Shown: positions 51,732-62,872 of the stretch, in pieces
Layout: each line of letters opens with the position of its first letter
How positions within the stretch are numbered: the first letter of the stretch is position 1
DNA from: Hydrolagus colliei
Taxonomy: Eukaryota
Direction of reading: 5' to 3'
Assembly (NCBI GenBank): GCA_035084275.1
Contig: CM068756.1
Location: 9,238,001-9,302,000 of the forward strand
DNA: 64,000 bases
Position numbers and translations under genes: made by a program
Notes under the pieces: model-generated
What the model was told of the DNA's origin: nothing
What the model saw: only the letters and a program-made list of their open reading frames with translations
The model's database searches: none

Positions 51732-54700
51732 GTATTATGTTATGCTATGACACACAACCAATTGTACAATAGAGAAAACTGAATGACTTGAAGAACACTC
51801 TTGATTGCCTAACCCAGAGAGCTGTTTTGGAAGGTTATGAATTGAAGCTCACAGTATTCAATGCTTTGCGGTATTTCAATTGATTACCGAAATCTGATGT
51901 TTGTCAGTATTTTAATTTGTTTAGAAAATGAAAGCGGGTGCATTGGCACTGTGATGGCACAGGATACTCAGAAATGTAGCCAGACATTCTGCAGGACTGA
52001 AGGTGCTAAAGCAACGTATGGTATTCAATAGGTTTCTGGCAACATATCCTTAGGCTCTGCCAATCTGCTAGCAGATACAGTATGTAGAGTTTGATGGGCT
52101 GACCTGCCCTCTGAATTTCCCATTCCATCTGTGGGAAGCACTTGCCCTCTCTGCGTGGCATCTCCACCAGACAGATAGCATTATCAGTAGACTTCTTCAT
52201 TATTCTTCTGTTTCCACTTGCTGCTGATCACATCCAATGCATAATGGAAGGAAAATGTGTTTGTTTACTCCCAATTTTGCTGAAACATTTGAGTTGGTGT
52301 CACGCCTGCAGATAGCACTCTGGCAACATGGACAGTAAGGACCAACAGGCAATATAATGTTGGGGACTTTATGGTTTAGTGCAATCCTATTTCTGTACCA
52401 TAGATGTGCAAACGTCACTGGCACCGATCAAAAGTGCAAACTGTATATAATCTTTGAAGGACACTGCCATAAACTTGATATCCCCCCACCCCCCTAATTC
52501 AGTGAATGCAGCACAAAACAGGAATTAAAACTGGGACCTTTCTTACCTGTATGACTCATTACCATCCCACTGACATTACATGAGTCATTGGTGCAAGATA
52601 CATTCCTCCCTGGGGAGGAGGGAAAGTAACTTTGAAGAGGAAAAATAGTTACCAATGGGTTTCAAACCGTAATACAATCTCACCAATGCTGATATTATCT
52701 GAACTGCTCGATTGAATTACTGACATGTAACTCAGTGCCAACCATATAATACACTTTAATTTATGGTTTCCCATTTCACTATTCAAGTTAATTCCTATTA
52801 ATACAGCCAGTAAATTTAGCACTACCACTATATTTTGTCATTCGGACTGGAAATTCCTGCAGCCAACAGATATGCCAATGTACATAAGCAATGTACTTTA
52901 TTCAAAGTGGGAACCTCATTGTATGATTGGAAGAGTGAAGCAATGGGTGCAGATATATTCTGAACTACATACCAAAACATTAATGGGTAGAGCAATCCTA
53001 GTTGAATAAATACCAAACTCTAGGCTTCCTCATCCCATGTAAAGAATGTTATGTTTAGTAACATACATGCTTTAGCTTACAAGCCACTAGTGCAGAGATC
53101 CCACTGGTATAAAGCATTGATAAAACATCCCTTGAATGCATATTTGATCTTATTTACTATATAAAGGTGCTCTCACTCATGTACTTTAAGGTGGCTCTGA
53201 ACTCGTGCTCTTGCTCTACTTGGGTTACTGGTTATAAAAGGTCTGTGGACTTCAAACGGGTACCTGACATGAGTGTGCCAGAGAAAGTCTGTATAGCAGC
53301 GACACAGTAATAGAAACCTTACAAAAACATATGCTGTGGTGCCACAATTCTTTGTCAACTTGTCTTTGATTGGGACGGTTCTAGTTTAGTCTTTCCTTGA
53401 ATTCCTCTTTTAAAAAGTACCGCAACATATGTCTTAGATTTTTATAATAATGGACTCCACAATCGTTATTGTAACTAACAGCAGTAATACAATTTGTGAA
53501 CAGGCTTTGTGATGATCTCTGGGGAAATATGCTGGATGTAAAAGGCGGATAAAGATCACTTTGACGCCCGCATTGTGAAAAAAAATAGATGTGCAAATTT
53601 GTTTCCTGAAATCGTGCCAACATTAGCTGAGTCTCAAAGCTCTGAAAAACTGGGTGATGCTGATTGTACTTTACAGGTTAAAGTTCACTTGCATTTTCTT
53701 TATAAACTGTTGTGGTATTACCATAAGTTTCAGATTTCTGTGCAGTGCGTGTGACGTAAATGAAATACTAACAGCAAAAATGATCTGGGTTGTTTCCCCT
53801 CCCTCAGGGGCTACTGCAGTCTCAATGGGAGGATGCATAAAGGGAAGACTTGCAATCTCCACCCAAAGGCAAACAGACCCTACAAAATTGGTGGAAGCTG
53901 ATGGGAGTTCACACCAAAAACTGTAATTCACAATTTTACTTTTTGACAAGACAACGATTGTTATTTTTTCCCTGTTTATCTCACCGTCTGTGTCCCACCT
54001 CCTGTTTGACCTTGAACCTATGTTTTTCTAGTGGACATTTCATTCATACAACTGCCCTACTGGTGTTTAGTCTGCATGACCTTTTATTCCACCCTCCCCC
54101 CACCCCTCCCACCTTTTGCCTGCTCCCAATTGAGGTTTGAATGCCCTGAAAACTTGGCAGAGAAACTTTGCACTGATGCATGGCAGAGCTGTAAATAACA
54201 ATAGCAAGGTCTGGCTAATTAAGGGAAAATTAGTCCTGCTTACAGGGGAGGCGAGAGCCTTGGAAAAAAAAAGCCGTTATGCTTCAGGAGACTAGGCAAA
54301 TCAACATCTTAATGAAGAGTCAACAACTACTACTGCATTAGCCTATCTCAGCCAATCTGAAGTGCACCAAGGAAGATTTGTGAGACAAATTAGAAAAACA
54401 TTCTATCACAAATATTTAGCTGTAGTATGAGCAATTATCTGATGATACTCCGACTGCCTGCTCTTTCTGTCCCCTGCTTTCCCCTCGGGGTCCCTGTCTT
54501 TGTTAGCTTGCCATGTTGATGTTTCTCAGCTAGTTTTAACTGGTTTGCAATTTATCCCCTGCTTCCCCGTCAAATCCTTGGTTTCGCTCACTTTCATTTT
54601 AAGTATCTCCACTAATAAGGGCAGCAAAGATGTTTTGTTTTTCTGTCAATGCAATTTTGTTGTACTTTACTACTTTCAAGCCTGGACAGTCCCTGTTTAG

Positions 54701-54811
54701 CACTTCAAATATGTGTTAAATTGAGATTATGGAAATGGCAGACCTCACTGGTCTGGGAGGAAAGTGTTTCATAAAGAAACAAGGGTATTAAAAGAGTTGC
54801 CAGTCACTTAC

Positions 54812-54884
54812 TGTATGTGTTGATCAGCAGTAGAATGATGTGTCGGTGACCATGAAGGGCTGCTATATGCAGCGCTGTATAGCC
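54812..54884 (-). CDS. sowah: Sowah coding exon (73 nt, phase 0-1): GYTALHIAALHGHRHIILLLINTY
   Basis: ttgttcttctgttcaaatcctag|GGCTATACAGCGCTGCAT...ACATACA|gtaagt; ankyrin consensus GxT(A/P)LHIAA..GH; phase matches the flanking exons. Confidence 0.94.
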
Positions 54885-57800
54885 CTAGGATTTGAACAGA
54901 AGAACAACAAATTGTAAAGCAGCAAATGCAAATTGCACAATTAGTTGACTAGAGAGGTGGAATTGTAATAGTCAGACAAAAGCATTGAATTAGAAGTCTT
55001 ACATGTGTTTATCGTTTAAGCTGCGGTACAATTAGATTTGTTGATGTTTGAGGTATTTCTTAAAATAAAATGTAAATTTTTACACAAGATAAAGATCTCC
55101 TTTTACTGATTTACCCCCCCACCCCCCACCCAACACACAAACCCTCCCACACCCAGCAACTTGCCTGCGTTTCTGATATTATTGGGTTAGTTGGGAGCAT
55201 TTGTCAAACAGTATGCACCATATCCAAAGTGTGTGCAATAACAATATTACACTTGTAAAGCGCCTTTCACATCAGGAGAACGTCCCAAGGCGCTGGAGTT
55301 TATGCTTCTGGAGGCAGTAAGAGCAAGTTAAAAGTGGAGCCACTTACAATTGGGAGATGTGTTCCCTTCTGTCACTAGGTTGATTTAGCAGCTGTGCCAA
55401 TTCAAGGTGCTGGTGTCTCTGCACGTGCAGGCTCATGTGGGTTTCAGTGCGTAACACACATCATACCCATCAACAGTGCATGGTAACAATATTTTGCTGT
55501 GTGACGGTTGAACCTAACTGGACACGAGTGGACATTCTGTGTGTGAAATATATATACTGTATATTAATATATATGTGTGTGTATATATAATGTATATATT
55601 TATAACAACAGCAGCAAAATTGGTGAATCCAGCTACAGTTTACAATGCCCTAGTAATAAATTGGGAACAATCATTTAACAATAGCACAAATTCTGATACG
55701 GTGCTACGTCTCCCACCCCCACACACAGGAACCACAGACTTGGGACAGTTACCAAGATAGTGCAATACTTAAAATATACATCTGTAACATTTTGGGGTGA
55801 TATTTTTCCATTAATTAACATTAATACTGATTAAGAACTAGAAAATCCTATCTACATTACTTAATATATTTGTGTTGCAAGAAAGACCTTATAAACTCCT
55901 TGTGTCTGCAGCTCTTCTGAATTGAGACTCTTTCATATTTCTGGATGTTCTAATATTTTCCGATTGAAATGCCAAAATAATTTTTGGAAGATTTTGTATT
56001 ACTTGTGAACTTTTATTCTCTTCCCAAAAACTACATCTTCAGGTTATAAGTTACTTGTGAATATTTCCCCTATATGAAATTGGAGAGTTGTCTCATTATC
56101 CCAATAAGAGAAATTTGGATTGTGGTGACAGTCAAAGTCATGTACATTGTGTAATATATAAAGGCCACAGACTCTTCAACCTTTTCTATCTTTTTTTTGC
56201 CATGTGTAAATTTAATGAAGCAAAGAAAGGTCAAAGATTTTAAACAAAGGAAAAGGTGGCATTTAAAGAGGAAGTTCTCTCTAAAACACGATCAATGTTT
56301 GTTAAACAGACCTATTAAAGCAGACTCTGCTGCCACATACTTTTGAGCCGAACCTGACTATGAAGTAAACATCCTTTGATTTATTCTTGGAAAGTGAACT
56401 GACAAGTTACTTCAAGCTGAGCACAGACAGCGAGTAGAATGAATGCAAGACACTAATCAGGGAACAGCCTTCAAAAGATAAATGATGTAATCGCTATAGC
56501 ATTGCTGTAACTTTTGAGTTTCTTGTCATGACAGCTGTAGGCCTTAATGCTGCATGGCAGCTATGCTGAAACTAGCTCCTGCTGTCAGCACAGCTATCAT
56601 CTTTCATGGGTCATCTATTATCTACAGAATCTGTCATTACCGTAGGCTTTTTTCAAATGGTTTCATCCAAAAAAAGAACTGTGGCATTTATTTTATACCG
56701 GAGGCATTTTTGGTGAAGTAGGTATGTCTGAAGCATAGGTGGGGTTCGATGTCTGTGAACGCAACTCCAGAGGATATAGCTGGTACTTTGTTTATTTGGA
56801 CAGATGCGCAGAGGCATCTCTGAACTTCTGCCGGTGATCAAAGGAACTGATGATGTAGAACAGATTCATGGGCTATGTCCTATCAGCCTTCAGTTTACCC
56901 ACCATCCATCACCCAAAGACTGAGCCCCAGCTGAATGATGGTTGCACCCCTAACACTAAAAATTAATTACTGCTCCACTTGAGCCAGGTGTTTTGCCTCC
57001 AGAAATGAAGGCTACCTGCCTAGCTTGCTGAGGAACTCACAGGAATCTTATAAAAGCCACTAAGAGCAGTAAAAACGTGATTCAGGGCACAGACATGTCA
57101 ACTTAATTTGTAGTCTTACAAGACTGTCAAGTGCTAAACACGTCTGTGGGAGTAAAAAATCTCATTAGGTAAATACAAAGTTTAGTTGAGTCAGTAGTTT
57201 GCAGTGCACAGTAAATGCAAACTCTTAAGAATCTCAACCTAGCTCTCCCCACGGTCCGTCTCAAGCGGTAAATTATTTTATTAAAAAACAATAGTTTGAA
57301 GAGGCTTTCTTAAATCTTGTAACCGCATGAAAACAACCACAGGGCACGAATTTCCAGGTGACTCAGAGTTAAATCTTGAGCAGATTTCAATACAGGTCTT
57401 TTTTTTCACAAAAAAGGGATTTCAAAGACCTATCAATTCAGCTTTTTGACAGTAATGATGGTTGACGTGGCAACTGTATTTGTGAACAGGTGAATTGGGT
57501 TGTGTGACAGAGTAGTTGACGGCAACACAAGCCGTGTGTATTGAAGGGCAGAAGTGTAAATGGGCAGAATGTAGCTAGTGTTAGTGACATGAGTTCCACA
57601 ATAGGTTTCCCTTCAGGGTATACTTCCAATGTTTTTACACAAATTAATAAACCGTGGCAGTGTTGGTTATAGCTGGATGTGGGCTACTTGGAGGAAATTA
57701 AAGTGTATCTAAGAGGTTAAATGACTGTTTAAAAGATTATTGAATCACTCCATTGTACATGATACTATGCTTGGCACAGGTTTACAGATTTTAAATTCAG

Positions 57801-58237
57801 TCCTGAATTTGTCTTGTTACAGATCCTGTCTGTGTGGCCTTGGATGAAAATCTGAAAGGGAAAGACCTGTGCAGTTTTATTTTTCCTTAAAATTGGGGTG
57901 TTTACGTCAACCAAAACATATGTAATAATCTATTCCAGCTAGTAAAGGTTATCATTTTGTTCAATTCTTCTTTATGATTTCCATTTGTTAGAGACCAGAC
58001 ACCTTGAAAGGTGCACATTTCAGAGAGAGAGAGAGAGAACAGCTACAATTAAGAGAAGTGAAACCGTTTCCACCTCTTAGAAAATTTAGCAATTTCCGAC
58101 AGCAACATCCTTACGGATACCATACTGAAGGACTGCTCAGCCACTGGAATAACAATTTGACTGCAGTCGCTGGTGGCATTCAGCATATTCATGACAAACA
58201 TAGGCTCATTTCGCAGGTGTATTAAAGTATTACTTAC

Positions 58238-58240
58238 CCC
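58238..58240 (-). CDS. sowah: Candidate 3-nt microexon GGG (Gly) of Sowah
   Basis: Minus strand ...ctatcctgaaag|GGG|gtaagt; about 100-nt AG-free zone upstream with a distal T/C-rich tract; the AAG acceptor is weaker; supplies the Gly that restores the 33-aa ankyrin spacing. Confidence 0.62.
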
Positions 58241-58530
58241 CTTTCAGGATAGACATGTCACCGTTCCAACAGTGAATAGTGATGCATAAAATTGAGGGAG
58301 AAAATATGTAGAAAATAAGCATACATCAGAGACAGGGTCAAGAACCTAATTTCACAGTGACATACAGGTAATTTGGCTTTGAAAATCTTTGTCAATTCTA
58401 AACTCATTTGGAAAAGCATAGCTCAAAAGGCTGGTGTCTGAATATGAGATAGCTAGCCTGAATTCCAATATTTATAGCGCAGTTTGCAAATGCATTACCC
58501 CTGTCACAATGAAATAAGTGACATACTTAC

Positions 58531-58533
58531 ATG
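58531..58533 (-). CDS. sowah: Candidate 3-nt microexon CAT (His) of Sowah
   Basis: Minus strand ...ctttgcaccaactcgctcag|CAT|gtaagt; about 70-nt AG-free pyrimidine-rich zone upstream; TACTAAT branch-point-like motif (+ strand 58593-58599); supplies the His of the S-H-G-G-Y motif. Confidence 0.75.
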
Positions 58534-58892
58534 CTGAGCGAGTTGGTGCAAAGGTGTTGGAACCGGGGGAGGGGTAGATAAGAAGACAAGTAATTAGTAC
58601 ATTAATCTTTTTTATGATATCATTTTTCAGACCTATATGATCGTAATGTAAATTAGAAATAAAGGAGGGTTCATGGAAAATAGAATTAATTTCAAGTAGG
58701 TCAATCGCTCTACAATAACTGCATTTCAAGCAGTGTGTAATTTATGGCAACATTTGTCCATTTTCCTGCACGCTGCTGATTACAATGCTCTTGCTCACTT
58801 CTATCAGTTGAAAGTCAGCTTGCCAGATAACATTCTGCACCATAATGAAATTCATTTGCAGTACAAAAACTTGAGTGAATCAAACAAGCGCA

Positions 58893-59088
58893 NNNNNNNN
58901 NNNNNNNNNNNNNNNNNNNNNNNNNNNNNNNNNNNNNNNNNNNNNNNNNNNNNNNNNNNNNNNNNNNNNNNNNNNNNNNNNNNNNNNNNNNNNNNNNNNN
59001 NNNNNNNNNNNNNNNNNNNNNNNNNNNNNNNNNNNNNNNNNNNNNNNNNNNNNNNNNNNNNNNNNNNNNNNNNNNNNNNNNNNNNNNN
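58893..59088. other. Assembly gap (196 N) inside a Sowah intron
   Basis: Run of N bases. Confidence 0.99.
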
Positions 59089-59850
59089 TCATAACAGCCT
59101 GGATGTGAAGAGAGAGATTAACACAATCAAAGCAGATGTGAAATTTAATTCTCCAGGCCATTGCTGTCTGGGAAACCATTAAGTAATCACAGCATTCTTC
59201 CTCTATTAAATTCACGTCTGCTACTTCACACACAAAAGGTGGAAAAGTGGAAAAAAGGTGCAGTGGCGCATTCCAATTTTATTTGACTTTTACACAAACC
59301 TAGCCTCAGGCACACTGGGGTGGTGGTGGTGAGGGGGAGGAAGCCCTCTTAAATGGGATGCCTCAATTTATTTGAAAATGAAATGGTTGGAGAAAAGAAA
59401 TTAAAGCCTGGATGCAGTAGGAGATAAACCAGAGGATGGTCTTCACCTTGAAGAATAAGTACAGTTAAAGGGAAACAATTACTGGAAAAAATATACGTTT
59501 AGATTTTTTTAAAGAGCTTTTTAGGGTGACAATTGCAGCTTTTCAGAAGTTCAAATGGAACTGCAGTATTAGAAATAGTATTTATTCTGAGGATATTTAT
59601 TAAAGAAGATGCCTCTTAGTGTTATGCACATTTTATTTTTCTCGGAGTTGACAATATCGCTTTCACTAGGCTGTATTGAAAGACTGAATGAACACAGCAG
59701 AAGATTATTCTTTTTACATCCTTGTACACTGAGAAAAATTCTCTTATACTTAGTCAATAAGGTCACAGCCTGACCACCTCCATGTATAGCTTATTACTCA
59801 TTTTGATATAGAATACTGTACAATGATTTTTTTCAAAAAATTATTTTAAC

Positions 59851-59995
59851 ATTAATCTTTGCCTTCGATCTTAGCACCTTATATCATTGAGACGTCTCAA
59901 AGCGCTTCACCGAATATATTGTAAAGTGGATTGACTGTGTTTTGTGGCATATTATTATAATTATTATATAAATACAGCAGCTAATTGTGCACAGC
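59851..59995 (-). mobile_element. SINE 3' fragment
   Basis: gacgtctcaaagcgcttcaccgaatatattgtaaagtggattgactg. Confidence 0.75.
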
Positions 59996-60946
59996 CGGCT
60001 GGTAATTCTCGCAGCATGTACTGACTGCTAGCCTGAGTAGAGTAGTCTGGACATGGTTTGGATGCCCAGCATAACCAAAATGCTTTTTATTTACAAGAGC
60101 AGGATTTTCATGCTTTAATGTCACAAAATGTCAGGGCCTAAGTGTTATAAACTGCAAGGGAAAAAGATGGATTTTTTATATCCAAGAGATTACTAAAAAA
60201 AAAACTTTTTTTGAAACAAACTTTCAATTACCAGGTAATTTTGCAGTATTTTAGTGAAACATTACATTTTGACTCAAAGGCCTGCAATGAAAGTTTCCAC
60301 TCCTGTCCACTCCCCCCCCCCCCCGCCCCCACACCCCCATCTTAGAATGAGATTTGCTTTATCTCTTAAAAAGGAATCAGTGAAAACAAATTGTGACTCC
60401 AGGTTAAACTGAAGACTTTGTTCGCCAGAAAACGTCCTTGAGACAGTGAACCAATTGCTTTTTGCTCTATTCCAGCATAATCTCGATACGGTTTGTTATG
60501 AGATTACCTTGATGTGCGAATTTTCAATGCAGTATTGCGCTTAGCTGTGTCGCACGCTTCCGGATCAGCAATATGCAAAGTAAATGATGATGCAGCAATG
60601 TAAATAAATGGTGGAACTGATTCAGTTTGGGTCGAAACAGAAAGAGCTGAGGAGTGGGAACTTGTGGGGCATTTCAGCCATCCTTCTCACCTTTGGCGTG
60701 GAGAATACCCCATTGCAGAATGCTCTTATCTTAAAACAGGGAGTTTTTTTTCCACTTGGAATTGTCTTTCAGGGCTATAAAGGATTTGTACTGCATTTCA
60801 TCTGATACTAATACCAGCAACTCCATTGTCCAGTTGGAATTTCTACAAAACCCTTCTTAATGCAGTAAAGTTTCTAACCACACATTACAATTTTTAGATC
60901 GTCCAAATCTGAAAGCTTTAAATTGTGCCAAAGAACAATCTGATTA

Positions 60947-61121
60947 TAATAATAATAATTCTTGCAATTGATTTAGTGCTTTTCACATCTTCTAGACGTC
61001 TCAAAGTGCTTCACAGAATATAGTGCAAAGTGAATTGATTGTATATTTGTGGCTAAAACATGGCAGCCAATTGCACGTAGCATTGTCCCACAAACAATCG
61101 TGGATTGAAATGACCAATTTA
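60947..61121 (-). mobile_element. SINE 3' half
   Basis: (AAT)n tail...ggcagccaattgcacgtagcattgtcccacaaac. Confidence 0.85.
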
Positions 61122-61638
61122 TTTTTGTTTGTTTTTCCACTGCAAAAGCACAGGGTGTATTCCATTTCAGTTTCTGGCTGTATTTCCCACCATAAAATCT
61201 CAATGGATTTAGAAAAGTGGCCAAAAAATGAGGTTACACCAAGTTGTGAATATATTAAATTGAGTCCAATGCTGTCAGCCTAAGAAACTGACTGATTTTT
61301 TACAGAAAACACAAGGTAACCACCAGATCTACAGAACGTTCTCCAAAATAACCACATTAGAACTTTCAAAGTATTTTTGGTAAATTTCCTAAAATAATTT
61401 GACAGTTGCTCTGTATGTGCCTTTAATGATATGCTAAGATGGCATATTTGACAGGTTTGAATGGCAGTCTAGCAAGACCATTATAAAAGCAACGCTGTCT
61501 GTTTTATTGAAGAAAGGTGCTTTTTTTTAAGTAGCCCAGCAAGGGGTAAAAGTATAAAGACAGGGATGGAAAAATAAGAAAACACACTCAGGACTTAAAG
61601 GAGCCAATCAAATGTCAGTTAATGTCACAGTCACTTAC

Positions 61639-61725
61639 AGATTTAACATTGACATCAATGCCAGTTTTAGCGATCATCTCTGCCATCTTCTCCTTGCCGT
61701 GCTTGGCTGCCCAGTGGAGTGCTGT
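61639..61725 (-). CDS. sowah: Sowah ankyrin-repeat gene, internal coding exon (87 nt, phase 0-0): TALHWAAKHGKEKMAEMIAKTGIDVNVKS. Upstream exons were not found in the window.
   Basis: Minus strand tttctcag|ACAGCACTCCACTGG...GTTAAATCT|gtaagt; open frame; ankyrin motif TALHWAAKHG typical of the SOWAH family. Confidence 0.93.
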
Positions 61726-62569
61726 CTGAGAAATTCACACTCACGTCAACTGCATGTATTTTGTAGCGTTAAGATCATTTTATTGTCCTCACATTTTAAG
61801 TGAAAAAATACTTACAGTAACTGATAGAATTCAAAAGATTGTGACCTCGTTCCTTCACATGTAAAATGACAGTTCTCAGAGAAAAAAGTCATTATTTTAT
61901 TCCATGCTAACTTGATAACCTAGTGACAACAATAGTACTAATTGGGATTTTAGCAACTTGGGATTAATTAGTATGTATCCATTATGTTTTGCTAATATGC
62001 ATATGAATTTTCTTGATCCATTAGTACACTGCATGTGGAAACCAGCCTACAATAAGTAGACTGAGTTCTCATTTGGAACTGCCATTACAATTACAAAACA
62101 AAATATATTTTTGTAAAAAAAATGTGTACCAAGGTGAAGATAACACTCCTAGGGAATGAGGCTTTGTCTTCTAATTGGTAGAAACAAGCACTGTTGGCTC
62201 ACATGCATTGTTCAGGCATACAGTGGAGAGCTGTCACATTGTCCTTCAACCTCATCTGTAGAAGAGAACCTCCTTCCACACTGACATGACTCTTCCATTT
62301 CCTGGGTCATCCATCTTAATGACCTCTCTAAGTGGGTTTGCCTATCTAATGATTGACTGCTAAATCATGGGCAGTTTGGCACAGTGCTCATGTGCACATT
62401 GGGAATAGGATGCAGAATTCAAAACTCAAGCTATCAGGAGTGTGAAGATATTACGTCTGCCCGGGGCCGATTCGACATAGGGTTCCATAGATACCGGGCT
62501 CCACTGCCTCATTACAGAACCGATCGATTTCTAGATTCTCACACTTGGGTACAAATCACTTCATGCCCT

Positions 62570-62872
62570 GGCACCTCCCTCCCTCCCTCCGACCTGCTTA
62601 CACCCCACTCCACTACCTGCCACCTTCGCTTAGCTGGCTCAGGCCTCCTCGTCCACTCTGTTCCACCATTAGAGACCATTCTTTTAGTTACTATACCTCA
62701 AACCTATAAAATTCTCTTCCTCAATCCTTCCACTTTGCCTCCTCCTTCCCCATCTTCAGATCAAACTGGAAGACCTTCCTCTAAAACAGTGCCTCTAACA
62801 GCTCAGTGGAGTTCCCCTGTTAAACGCTCTGAGACACTTTCCGGGGCAATACCGTATAAATGCAAGTTGTAG
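62570..62872 (+). mobile_element. Degenerate L2 LINE 3' fragment
   Basis: C-rich body (PPSDLLTP...HLRLAGSGLL) and tail aaacgctctgagac...tataaatgcaagttgtag. Confidence 0.62.

Noticed and set aside
57025-57050. taag|ATTCCT|gtgagt as a single 6-nt microexon
   Set aside because: Encodes Ile-Pro, which does not fit the ankyrin S-H-G-G-Y hairpin; a competing AG lies 13 nt upstream.
58733-59233. ORFs spanning the N run
   Set aside because: Artefacts of translating through the assembly gap.
62384-62872. 162-aa ORF
   Set aside because: Mostly a decayed L2 3' end.
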